Positions 48,654 to 60,722 of a DNA stretch of 64,000 nt are shown here, piece by piece (the stretch's first letter is position 1; each line of letters opens with the position of its first letter). A model generated the notes under the pieces. That model worked only from the letters and a program-made list of their open reading frames with translations, searched no databases and was not told the origin of the DNA. The stretch spans positions 38,938,001 through 39,002,000 of the forward strand of contig CM059432.1 in assembly GCA_030390025.1 (NCBI GenBank), read 5' to 3'. Position numbers and translations under genes: made by a program. This stretch comes from Squalus acanthias. Its lineage: Eukaryota.

Positions 48654-50855
48654 GGAGGGAATTTTAACCACGAAGTGCAGGTGGGTTGGGGGAGGGATGG
48701 TAAAAAAATGTAAAATCTCAAACCCGACCCCAACTCGCCTCCAACACGCCCACTTCCGGCTCTCAATCTTTTAAGGAGGCTGCGTTTCTCCATTTTAACT
48801 GCATTTTTATTTTTAACTCATGGAGGCTGGGATTCCGAGAATCCCGGCAGGTGAAAGAAGGCGAGAAGGGTCGGATCCATGAGGTAAGTGCCTTTAGTGC
48901 ACTGCTTGTGGGCCAGGAGGAGCAGGAGTGTTTTCTCCAGGCCCAACAAGCTTCCTTCAACGTGTTCGGCTGACCCCCAACCCCCGTGATGTCTGATTAA
49001 CCCCCATCCCCCGCAATGTCCCACCCCACTGATGTCCGAGCCCCCCTGCAATGTGCAACCTCCCCGATGTCCAGCCCCCCCGCCCTGTGATGAGAGGGAG
49101 GAACTTAATGAAATCAGTATTTGTAGGGAAATGGTGTTCGGGAAATTGACGGGATTGAAGGCAGATAAATCACCAGGGCCTGACAATCTAGGTTACTTAA
49201 GGAAGTGGCCCTAGAAATAGTAGATGCATTGCTGGTCATCTTCCAAAATTCTATAGACTATAGACTCTGGAACAGTTCCCATGGATTGGAGGGTAGCTAA
49301 TGTAACCCCACTATTTAAAAAAGGTGGTAGAGAGAAAACGGGGAATTATAGACCGGTAAGCCTGACATCGGCAGTGGGGAAAATGCTAGAGTCCATTGTA
49401 AAAGATGTAATAGCAGAGCACTTGGAAAACAGTGACAGGATCGGACAAAGTCAACATGGATTTACAAAAGGTAAATCATGCTTGACTAATCTACTGGAAT
49501 TTTTTGAGGATGTAACTGGTAGAATAGAGAAGGGAAAACCAGTGGATGTGGTGTATTTGACTTTCAGAAGGCTTTCGATAAGGTCCCGCATAAGAGATTA
49601 GCGTGTAAAGTTAAAGCACACGGGATTGGGGGTAAGGTACTGACTTGGATAGAGAACTGGTTGGCAGACAGGAAGCAAAGAGTTGGAATAAACGGGTCTT
49701 TTTCCGAGTGGCAGGCAGTGACTAGTGGGGTACCGCAGGGATCGGTGCAAGAACCCCAGTTATTCATAATATATATTAATGATCTAGACGAGGGAGCTAG
49801 ATGTAATGTCTCCAGGTTTGCAGACGACACAAAGCTGGGTGGGCGTGTGTGCTGTGAGGAGGATGCAGAGAAACTCCAGTATGATTTGGACAGGTTGGGT
49901 GATTGGGCAGATGCATGGCAGATGCAGTATAATGTGGATAAATGCGAGGTTATCCACTTTGGTGGCAAAAACAGGAAGGCAGATTATTATCTGAACAGCA
50001 ATAGATTGGGAAAAGGGGAAGTGCAACGAGACCTTGGTGTCCTTGTGCACCAGTCGCTGAAGGTAAGCATGCAGGTGCAGCAGGCGGTTAAGAAGGCAAA
50101 TGGTATGTTGGCCTTCATAGCGAGAGGATTCGCGTACAGGAGCAAGGATGTCTTGCTGCAGTTGTACAAGGCCTTGGTGAGACCACACCTTGAGTATTGT
50201 GTGCAGTTTTGGTCACCTTATCTGAGGAAGGATGTTCTTGCCATGGAGGGAGTGCAGTGAAGATTCACCAGACTGATGCCTGGAATGGCAGGAATGACGT
50301 ATGAAGAGAGATTGGGTCGATTGGGCTTGTATTCGCTAGGGTTTAGAAGAATGAGAGGGGATCTCATTGAAACTTATAAAATTCTAACAGGACTAGACAG
50401 ACTAGATGCAGGAAGGATGTTCCCAATGGCGGGGGAGTCCAGAACCAGGGGTCACAGTCTAAGGATAAGGGGTAAGCCATTTAGGACTGAGATGAGGAGG
50501 AATTTCTTCACCCAGAGAGTGGTGAACCTGTGGAATTCTCTACCACAGAAGACAGTTGAGGCCAATTCATTAAATATATTCAAGAAGGAGTTAGATGTAT
50601 TTCTTAAGGCTAAAGGGATCAAGGGATATGGGGAGAAAGCAGGGACAGGGTACTGAATTTGGATGATCAGCCATGATCTCATTAAATGGCGGAACAGGCT
50701 CGAGGGGCCGAATGGCCTACTCCTGCTTCTATGTTTCTATGTCAGACTTACCTCAGCCAGCCTATTAATCTGTTAATTTCTGCAAGGCGTATGGGAAACC
50801 CATACCTCTCCACTCCCCCCCGCACTCTCCTCCCAACTGGAGTAAATACTAGGGC
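48654..50855 (+). mobile_element. Harbinger-type MITE, family E, split by the CR1 at 49088-50741
   Basis: Starts GGAGGGAATTTTAACC; similar to 55901-55950 plus 58333-58985; right end uncertain. Confidence 0.55.
49088..50741 (+). mobile_element. Young CR1 LINE, 5'-truncated, RT region with few lesions
   Basis: ORFs 49281-49601, 49661-50260 and 50276-50656 give NYRPVSLTS, SQHGFTKGKSCLTNL, SGVPQGS and RFADDTKLGG. There is a TGA (likely CGA decay) at 50258 and a TTCTATGT tail. Confidence 0.95.
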
Positions 50856-51730
50856 TCCAGTATCAGAAACTCATGTACATTGTCTAAATTACCTCTTTTT
50901 AGTATCGTTTATGATATGTTATTGCCATTGATCAGACCACACTATTAGTTTTGTGGTAGACTGCATAATAAATGCCAGTGGAGTAGAGAAAGATAATAGA
51001 AGATATGGTATCACCCAAATCAGAAGCAGCACAACATACTTCATATTGCTCCACATCCAGTTGCCCTATTGTTGTTGTAAAAGAGAAACACGTTAATTCA
51101 CAGAGAGAGCTCCTGTCACACACACTAAAAGCTGTGTATTTAAAACATGCTACTTCAACCATTTTTTTATATGTAATTTTATTTTGGTCTCCTTTTCAGT
51201 TGTGAAGGATCGATATCTAGCCAATAGTAGTTCAGTGAGAACTAACTATATCATATTGAAAACCACATGCTCTCCAAATATGAGAAGCATGGGTGTAAGC
51301 TAACAATTATCTTTAGCTGTTTTCTAAGGAGGTTAAATCTTTCACCTGGATATTCTACAGAGGGCCTCCCGACTTACCGTCATAATTTCGTCAGAAGATC
51401 AGTAGAACCCTGGAGAAACAAAGCAAACTATTAAAAATGCCCGTTTACACCATTTCTCCAGGGCTTCCACCGATCCTTCGCTGCATGGAAATTCTCCCCC
51501 TTTATGTCAGCAGGTTCTCATCCTGTTGCATTCTAAGAAAATGTGGCTTATCTATTCCAAGATGTAGGCCTTAGCAAATTCCACTTAGAATAATTCTTAT
51601 TTCCTCATATAATTTTAACCAGCCTCTGACACCTCAAGCAATTGGAATCATCAACTCATTTTAGCTAAGATGTGTTTATTATGGATTGTGTTTTTCAGCT
51701 TTTAAGTATCATTATAACATGCTTATGTCA

Positions 51731-52155
51731 GTGTCAGCTGTGGCTCAGTTGGTAGCACCCTCGCCTCTGACTCAGAAGGTTGTGGGTCTCAAGTCCCTCT
51801 CTAGAGACTTGAGCTAGGCTGACACTCCAGTGCAGTACTGAGGGAGTGTTGCCCTGTTGGAGGTGCCGTCTTTCAGATGAGGCATTAAACCGAGGTTGCA
51901 TCTGCTCTCTCAGGTGGACGTAAAAGATCCCATGGCACTATTTCAAAGAAGAGCAGGGGAATTATCCCTGGTGTCCTGGCCAATATTTATCCCTCAATAA
52001 GCATAACAAAAACAGATTATCTGGGAGCTTGCTGTGTGCAAATTGGCTGCCCCATTTCCTACATTCAAAAAAGTACTTCATTGGCTGTAAAGCGCTTTTT
52101 TGACGTTTGGTGATCGTGAAAGGTGCTGTATAAATGCAAGTCTTTCTTTCTTCTT
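51731..52155 (+). mobile_element. Near full-length Deu-domain SINE
   Basis: tRNA head, Deu core and tail ending AAATGCAAGTCTTTCTTTC. Confidence 0.92.
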
Positions 52156-52368
52156 AACAAACTCTCCCCTTGCATCCTGCCCCAACCATTCACCTATCAC
52201 CTAATTTACAAAGTCACCCATGGCCTCAGTCTTAGCACACATTACCTCTGCAACCTCCTCCAGCCGGATTTACCAGCCACACCCTTCGGTCTTTCAGCTT
52301 TGCTTTCTTGTACATTCCGCCTTCTTATGCTTCTCCACCATTGGTGGCAGAGCCTTCATAGAATCATA

Positions 52369-53730
52369 GGCCCTGATATTAATTGCAAGGCGTGTTGGGA
52401 GCGGGGGGTGGTGGTGGTGGCGGGGGGGGGGGGGCGGGGGGTGGTGGAGCGTGGCGGGTGGTAGGGGTCCAATATCACATGAGAAACCCAGAAGCAATTT
52501 CAGCACGTCTGTGAAATTTTAACGCAGCCACCTCATCATTATTTGACTTCCGGGTTTGGCATCGAATGCGCAGCAGCAGGTGTGGTGCAGACCCACGTGA
52601 CTGGGGCTCCACTCCAGTATTTAAAGGGCCAATCCGGAGATGGTATTTGGAGGAGTTGGGAGGTTTGGCACAGAGACTACAATTTCACAATTGACTCAGG
52701 ACACTCAAAGGCTGCGCCCCGCTTTAACAACGCCTCACTTGATATACTGCGGGGGGAAGTGAGGAGTGGGAGAGAGATACTTTTCCCCAGCAACGGGAGA
52801 AGAAACCTGCTGCTGCCACAAAGCAGGCGTCGCTGGAGGTGGCCCAGGTGGTCAGCAGCAGGAGCATTGTGCCATGCAGGGCATTGTACCATGCAGGGCA
52901 TTGCGAGGATGTCTTCTTTCATGGATAGAGTGGAACATCAAGCACAGCAATCAAATGAGTCCATGCAGGCTTTGACCATGGCCGCACGGACACTGGATAC
53001 CAACATGTCTGGCACCTTAAATAGGTTTACAGACACCTTAGCCTTGGCCTTACAGCACATCACTGATCTGCACCAAGCTGCTCTCCAGAACAGCTGTAAG
53101 AGTGATGTGCGGCAGGCCCATGAGAGGGATGATGGCAAAAGGGGACATGGAAGTGGGGAGTCCACTCAAAGCACTCCCACTTCTCACCCGTTGCTCCTCC
53201 CTCAGTCAATACCCGACATGCTGCCTCCTATCCTGATGCTGAGTATACCCCTGCCCAGGTGCAGGTGGAACAGTCTTTGGCGGGGCTCCACACGGGGTCT
53301 AAAATCAGAGGTCATTGGCCAAGAGCATTTCAGGAGTTCAGGGATGTGAGCAGCCTGCCTCTAACTCTGCTCAAGCCATAGGGGTTTCTCCATTTAGGAG
53401 CAGGAGGAAAAGGAAGAGTAAAGCTTTGTAGTTGCACAAGTAATTTTATTACTTTGCCCCGCTGTCCCATGTTGGCCATTCTTGGTTGCTCAGTGGCAAC
53501 TCGTCTTTTCAGTTGTTTGTTGATAAATGGGTAGACATGAATGGAAGGGAACCAATGGAGGTATATGCAATGGGTGGTTGGTTGGTATCAGGACTGCTTT
53601 GTGTCAGCGGGATTGCGGGGGGCAGGGGGGGGTTGCGGTTGGCAGATGAGATTTGTCGTTGGATGTGGTTGTAAGATGGGTCCAGTGGTGGTAACTAACA
53701 GAATCTTGCAGCTATAAGGGGATCCCAGGC
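52369..53730 (+). mobile_element. Harbinger derivative with deleted Myb/SANT gene, inserted in an L2 3' fragment (52170-52360 and 53730-53943)
   Basis: HSKAAPRFNNASLDILRGEVRSGREILFPSNG...; C-terminus GVSPFRSRRKRKSKAL; right end uncertain. Confidence 0.72.
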
Positions 53731-55664
53731 ACTTTCTCTTCATCCAACTGTCCCTATTATCTGGAACTCCCTACCTAAACCCCTCTGCCTTTTTAACTCT
53801 GTCTTCACCTTCAAAAGCTTCCTCAAGATCTATCTCTTTCACCATGCTTTTGGTTATCTTCTCTAACCCCTCAGTGCCCATTTGTCTATGTGAAGCACCT
53901 TTGGACATTTATTACATTAAAGGCAAGTTGTTTTGTTGTTGTTATTAAATTTGGCTTCTTGTTATTTTCCTATTCTGAGCCCAACAGATTTGTAATTAGC
54001 CTGAGGTGGATAGTTTTATCTGACAGGTCAGGTAGCTTCATTTCTCAATCTACTTCATGAATATAGATAATAGAGTGGAAAGGAAAAATGAGGTCACAAT
54101 ATTGGTTCGTTATAATGCCAATCACTTATTTGCCCAGTGGCTATTTAGTTCTATGGTGCGTAATGCTGTACAGTCTTGGAATGAAATACAATAATATATT
54201 GCTCCATTTTTGGGAAATTGGCTTGCACTGACATTTTTCTTGAAAGAATTAGACTTAAGCTAAACAGAAATGTTGTAAATTGTATCTAAAAACCTTCACA
54301 GAAAATGCAAGGTATGTCTGCTATGTGTAGATTGTGCGTTGATGATAGCGAACTCAATAGTCATTGGCCAAAAATAGGTTAGTCGGCAGTGACCCAGAAG
54401 GTTCTGCTGGTGAATCTCTTCTGACTTTCCTACAGGTACTAAAAGCAGATGCCGTAACACCATATTTATTTTATAGTTTGATAATTCCACCGATTAATGC
54501 TAAAGCCAGGGCCGGGGTGGCTATTGCAACAGTTGCTGAGTCTATTGTGGATTCTAGTGGCACGGCTAGTTTAGCAAAGCTGTCTGTTGCTGCAGCCGCT
54601 GAGCCAGCAGCTCTCCTTCGTGGCTGCCAAGCTAAGCTATTTTGGCAACTTTGATTAAATAATAAACTGACATTGTTTTGAAGTTTTGTGCATTTGTCTG
54701 AATAGAGACGTTACAAAAGTACATTCCATTACGAAATAGGATTTATATTCTTATATTTTGAATTTCATTGAATGACGACAAACTGTAACTCTAGCATCAA
54801 GTGTTTAGGAAATGGAAATGAATCCAATATGTTTTGAGCCTCCAACTAAGAACAAAATCAATCAGAAAAGTGTGGCTTTTTGTTAAAACTGATGGGTGTC
54901 AAGTTTATTTTGAAAATGTCTGCACAAAATGTTTGTAAATGGTTTCACAGATATGGGTAAAATAATTGTGAAATGTACTTTGTATAAACAGACTAGACAG
55001 CTATAAGATAAGTGACTATGGTTCAAATACTGTTTATTTCTCAGCATTACTTCAGAAATGCCAGTTACTCCCTTTTTTTCAATGCTGACATAATTTCAAT
55101 TTAAAATCGCCTTTAAAAGAGAACAATTTCAGACTGTGTATCTAAAGAGTTGTATAGTCTTGGTGAGGGGAGAATGATATGACTTTCCAATTTTAGCAAC
55201 AACAAAATTCAAAACAGATGAATGAAAAAAAGTATTTTACCCTCCAGTACTTCCCTTGACCCTGCACACATATCATGGTTCCAGGTGGTCTCTAAAATGA
55301 TAAGTGGTCCATTAGTAAGTTACCCACTCCATCATCTTCTCACCATACATTATAAATAATATTTATTTCAATAAATTACTAAGCAATCAGCTCATCCATT
55401 TTGCCTTAATGAATTCATCTCTTAAACATTCACTAAACCAACTGATTCTCCCCACAGTAGTCTTAATAAATCAACAGATAAATAAATCCTCTGCGGTCGT
55501 TCAGCTTTCCCACATCCAAGCAGGTTGTACTCAGGTTTTTTTGTTACATTCATTCTTGGGATATGGACGTCGCTAGTAAGGTCGGTATTTATTGCTCTCC
55601 CCAGATACCTTATCATTTGACCCAGTCACACTTTTCCACAGTTTCATATCAGCACCAACTGTGC

Positions 55665-55900
55665 AGTATAATTGATTCTATAATTCAAGGTAAAGTTAGG
55701 AAATGTTTAGAAATACATGGCTTAATCAAGGAAAGCCAGCATGAACTTGCTAAAAGAAAGTTGTGTCTGACAAATTAATAGAGTTTTTTAAAAGAATTGA
55801 CTGAATAGATAGAGCAAGGGAATGCAGTAGATGTAGTGTATATAAATTTGCAGAAGGTGTTCGATAAGGTGTCTCACAAGATGCTTGTTAGAAAAATTAA
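55665..55900 (+). mobile_element. Old CR1 RT fragment
   Basis: LIKESQHELAKRKLCLTN...GNAVDVVYINLQKVFDKVSHKML. Confidence 0.8.
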
Positions 55901-58900
55901 GGCCAGAATTTTTTCCTAAAAATATGGGTGGGTTTGGAGTGTGGGGGCAGTTAAAGGCCCGAATTTTCCGGGGTGGTAGTGGGCGCGATCGAAGCTGGGT
56001 CGGGTGGGAAAGTTGTTATATTTGGGAGCGGGTCGGGAACCCGCTGTCATCCCGCTCCCACGCGCCTTTCCCCCAGGCGCGTCTGTCAGCGCAGACCCAA
56101 TGCAACTGGCAGAGGTGGGCGACCCAATTTAAAGTATTAGTAGATTGTTGTCAGACCCTTAAGAGTGGTTTTAACCTTACCTTTTAAATTTAACTGTTTG
56201 GCCACGGGAAACATGTTGCTCAGGAACCACGTCTGTCAACCTGAGGCGGGAGTTCAGTGGCCATTGCTCCAGCTGCTTAGTTGACAGCATCAAATGTATT
56301 ATAAAAGCTCCCACCTGACAGATGATCACTTTCCGCAGCAGAAGCTGTTTCTCACTGCATTCCCAGCACAGATTCTGCAGGCTGTAGTCTTTCCAGCAAA
56401 GTCTCCATCCAGTGTCACCTCACTGGAAGAACTTCCCTCACCATTGACAGATTGCTTCCGTCATCTCTACTTCATCTGCCATCTATTCCATCAGCATGGC
56501 GACTGTAGGCTCCTCCATGGATAGGATGGCCACCTACATGGAGCAGCTAATGTGCCACTCACAGGAGCACATAGTCTCTATGGAGAATAGATGGCTATCT
56601 ATGGAGGATAGATGGCTATGTATGGCGAATAGATGGCAGAGGCTCATACACCTCCTCTCTAGGAGCGATGTCAGTGTCGATGTGGGTCCTCATGGCCCCA
56701 CTGATGTGCAGCAAGGTGCTCTCCAGCTCCTTGGCAGCAGGGAGATGAACAGGCTGCCTCTACCTCTGCTGAAGCTATAGGGCTAGCACCTCGTAGAAGC
56801 ACGCGGAAGAGAAAGATGACACACAAGTAGATTCACAAGGGTAGCCACTTGGGTGTTTATCCAATGTTTATGTAAAGTTTCCGTTAATGTGCTGTCAAAC
56901 ATAAAAATCTCACGGTGGTGCTCATGTTGGAGATGGACTCCTCCATTCTCTGAATATTTGCGCTCGCAAAACCTGTCAAAGCCTCCTGCACTTCTTCCTG
57001 CACCTCCAGGATGGCCCTCTTTCTGGATGGACCCCGAGGCTCAGCGTCTGCATGCAGCTGAGCAGAGCTGGGAGCATCCTGTGGCCTCCGGCGAGGAGTC
57101 TCCACTGCTGTCCCTGTCTCCACCATCTGCTCTTGCTCACTTGTGACTTGGGAGACACCAGGTGACAACACTACTCTATTTGAGGAGTCGTCTTCCTCTT
57201 GTGGGGGACAGTGGAGGGGGTGGGGGCACTCTTGATGGACCTGTGGGAGAGTAAAGAAATGAGTTAGATATGTCATATGAAGAATGGGTACAGATACCAT
57301 TGTGCACATGATGACCATTCAATGGCTGCTGACATCAGTGCCCATATGAATGACTGATGTATGCCATTTAGCTGTATGAGATGTAATTCTGTCACTAGGT
57401 TGCTGAGATGTCCCCCACTCTCCGTCTCCCACCTCCAGCTGCTCGGCGACTCCAGATATTTCTAAAGCAGCCTCCTCTGCTGTTGTAAGGTTTGCAAATG
57501 ATGGAGGGCCACTGCCGGTTCTCCCCCTCTCCCTCTTACTTTGGGCACTCTTTTCCTGCAAGGAGGGAAGGAAGAGAAGGTTGAGTGAGAGTGATGGAAT
57601 GAGTGTAAGGAATGGATGGGTTAGATCTTTAGAGGGTGACTATGATGGAGTGGGGTGGCAATGCCAAGTGGCCTCCTTGTGTGTTGTTAGTTGGTATGAT
57701 TGCACGAGGATGAGTGTGAGTGTGAGGGGTGGCTAGTGAGATGGGGATGTGATAATGTAGATAGAGAGAGAGGGATCGGTGGACATGCAAGGTATGTTCG
57801 TGTGAGTAATGATGTGCAGGGGTAGGGTTGGGAAGGCAGAGTGATGGGGATGTGATGAGAGGCACAGCAGGATGAAGGTGAGTGTGGCTTTGTACTCACG
57901 TTTCCTGATCTAATGAGATAATTGAAACATTTGCGGCACTGCACCCAGGTCCTCCTGACCACTTCCCTGCTGGTGACCTCCTCTGCAATCTCCAACCAGG
58001 CAGATTTGGCATATGAAGGGAGTCATCGGAGAACCTGGGTGCAGCCCTCTGCCTCTGTGCAGTCATTGTCAGTGTTTGCAGCACTATGTTACATTGACAT
58101 TCAAATCCAATGTAGCCGTGGCCCCTTTAAAGATCCCGGCTGAAAATGTGTCATTGATGACGTCACCAGACCCGCACGATTTAATTGGGCCGGGTAACAT
58201 GCAGGGCGGGCTTAATAGGCCCTATTAAGGTAAAGTCGTTTTCAGCAGTGGGATGGAGCCAGCAGCGGGGTCGTGACCTGCCATGGCCACCGCCTGCACC
58301 GGACCCGCCCAGGTAGGCAAAATTCTGCCAAAGTGTTAAAAATGGGATTCCCAACCTGATCCCACATCCAACCTGCCCACTTCTGGTTTTACCGGAGGCG
58401 GAATGGGGGTGGAGGCGCGGACATCCAACCCGCTCCCAGGAGGCGTTACCTCAATTTAAATATTGTAATAAAACTGGAAGTCTTTTTTCTCCTCCATTTT
58501 GTGTTTAACTGCGTGTGGATGGGTTTCACACAATTCGTGAAACACGGCAGTTAAACCAAAGCGGGGACTGCTGCATCCAGGAGGAAAGTGGCTTTATACC
58601 TACCTCCTGGATTCAGGGTCCCGACCATACCCACTGCCCGTGATCGGAGACCCCCTCACGAGGCCTCAATCACCTTCCCAGTCCTCCAACCTCCCCCCAA
58701 CGATGATGATGAGGCCGGCCATGATCCTCTGGTGGCCAACCCCAATCCTCTCTCCGCCCCTGCCGATCCCCCCCCCCGACCCCCCACTGACCCCTGGCCG
58801 ACCACTCCCCCCCCCCACCCCCGATCCCTGGCGATGCTCTCTCCCCCCTCCCGATCCCCGACCCCTGCCGATTGCTGATCCTCCTCCCGTGAACCCTCCC

Positions 58901-58985
58901 CCAGACTGGCCCTTTGCTTCTGAGGCCTACCCATCCGCAGCCAGCCAGCCTCTCAAGATGGCTGGCTGCGGACGGGAATCCGAGG
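55901..58985 (+). mobile_element. Harbinger-type MITE, family E (outer element), truncated by the CR1 at 58986
   Basis: Starts GGCCAGAATTTT; continues at 58333 after the nested element; C-rich tract at 58640-58900. Confidence 0.6.
55956..58329 (-). mobile_element. Harbinger derivative carrying a 3-exon Myb/SANT (ORF1) gene and no transposase
   Basis: TIRs GGCCCGAATTTT / AAAATTCTGCC; TSD AAA. Exons at about 58066-57900 (APRFSDDSL..RTWVQCRKCFNYL), 57555-57396 (EKSAQSKRERGRTGSGPP) and 57240-56911, with GT-AG introns. Confidence 0.85.
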
Positions 58986-59761
58986 CATAAGAACATAAGA
59001 ACATAAGAAATAGGAGCAGGAGTCGGCCATACAGCCTCGAGCCTGTTCCGCCATTCAATAAAATCATGGCTGATCATAAATGACCTCAACTCCACTTTCC
59101 CGCCCGATCTCCATATCCCTTGATTCCACTAGAGTCCAAAAATCTATCTATCTCAGCCTTGAATATCCTCAAAGACTCAGCATCCACAGCCCTCTGTGGC
59201 AGAGAATTCCAAAGTCTCATAACCCTCTGAGTGAAGAAATTCCTCCTCATCTCAGTCTTAAATGTCCTACCCCTTATCCTGAGACTATGCCCCCTAGTTC
59301 TAGACACTCCAGCCAGGGGAAACAACCTCTCAGCATCTACCCTGTCAATCCCCTTCAGAATCTTGTATGTTTCAATGAGATCACCTCTCATTCTTCTAAA
59401 CTCCAGAGAGTATAGGCCCATTCTACACAATCTCTCATCCTAGGACAGCCCTCTCATCACAGGAATCAATCTAGTGAACCTTCGTTGCACCGCCTCCCAG
59501 GTAAGTATATCCTTCCTTAGATAAGGAGACCAAAACTGTGCACAGTACTCCAGGTGTGGTCTCACCAAGGCCCTGTACAATTGTAGCAAGACTTCTTTAC
59601 TCTTATACTCCAATCCCTTTGCAATAAAGGCCAACATGCCATTTGCCTTCCTTATTGCTTGCTGTACCTGCATGCTAACTTTCTGTGTTTCTTGAACAAG
59701 GACACCCAAATCTCTCTGAACACCAACATTTAAAAGTTTCTCACCATTTAAAAAATATTCT

Positions 59762-60605
59762 GGGCTGGATTTTCACTGACCCGTGGAGTCGGGTTTGGAG
59801 GCGTGTGGGGGGTTAAAGTTGCAGATTCGGGGATCCCGACCCCATCCCGCCTCCAACCCGCCTCCATGCCAGTTTCTCTGGCGGCGGGTACCCGACCTGT
59901 GCTGAGACCCGACTCCCCGAGGCGGGAAGGGATTAATGACAATTAACTGCCTATTAACAGGTAGTTAACAGGCAGTTTTTTGCCTAATCCCTATTTTGAC
60001 GGCTGAAATGTGGGCTTCCCGACAGGTGCCAACCACGCCAAGTTATCAGGGCGGACCGTGGGTCTGCAGGGGTTGGAGGGGTCGATATGTCCGGTGGGCA
60101 GGTGAGTGATGGGTGCATGTGTGCAGAGGTAAGTGTGTAAGGTAAGTGCAAAGTGTGGGAAAAAGTTTTACTTACCTTAACTTCCTCCTGCAGGTGTCAG
60201 CCCCTCAGTTCTCGGGAGTCAGAAATCTCACCGGCACAGAAAGCATAAAAGCTGTGGTCCTGTCAAAAACTGCAGCCTTCTGTTTTCTGTGCTTGAATGA
60301 TTTCTAACTCAGCCTGAGAGGAAGGACTCAAGTTAGAAATCATATTGTCAGTGTTTGACAGCTTCACAGAGCTGTCAAACGCTGATATTTCATCTGTCAA
60401 AAGCTCTTGACAGATGAAATGTCAATCTGTGACGTCACCTGTTGCCGGGTGGCCCTTAATTGGCCTGCTGAGCCCACTGGGCGGGCTCAACAAGGTCAAT
60501 CAAGGGAAAATACACTGGGTTGGCCATATCTCGATGGAGGCGGGTCTACAACCCAAAAAGTGGGATTCTCGACACCAACCCAACCGCAGAATCAAAATCC
60601 AGCCC
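59762..60605 (+). mobile_element. PIF/Harbinger MITE (family B-related)
   Basis: TIRs GGGCTGGATTTT / AAAATCCAGCCC; TSD TCT. Confidence 0.92.
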
Positions 60606-60722
60606 TCTGTTTTTCTATTCTTTCTACCAAAGTGAATAACCTCCCACTTCCCTACATTATACTCCATCTGCCACCTTACTGCCCACTCACTTAGTCTATC
60701 TATATCTCTTTGCAGACTCTTT

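Noticed and set aside
51731..51810. tRNA gene
   Set aside because: The tRNA-like part continues directly into the Deu-SINE body, so it is a SINE head.
52543..53349. 268-aa ORF as an intact MSANTD/NAIF1-like host gene
   Set aside because: It begins at a non-ATG codon, the Myb domain is frameshifted and deleted mid-way, and it lies in a Harbinger derivative.
58588..58990. Proline-rich ORFs
   Set aside because: They are translations of a C-rich degenerate repeat within a MITE.
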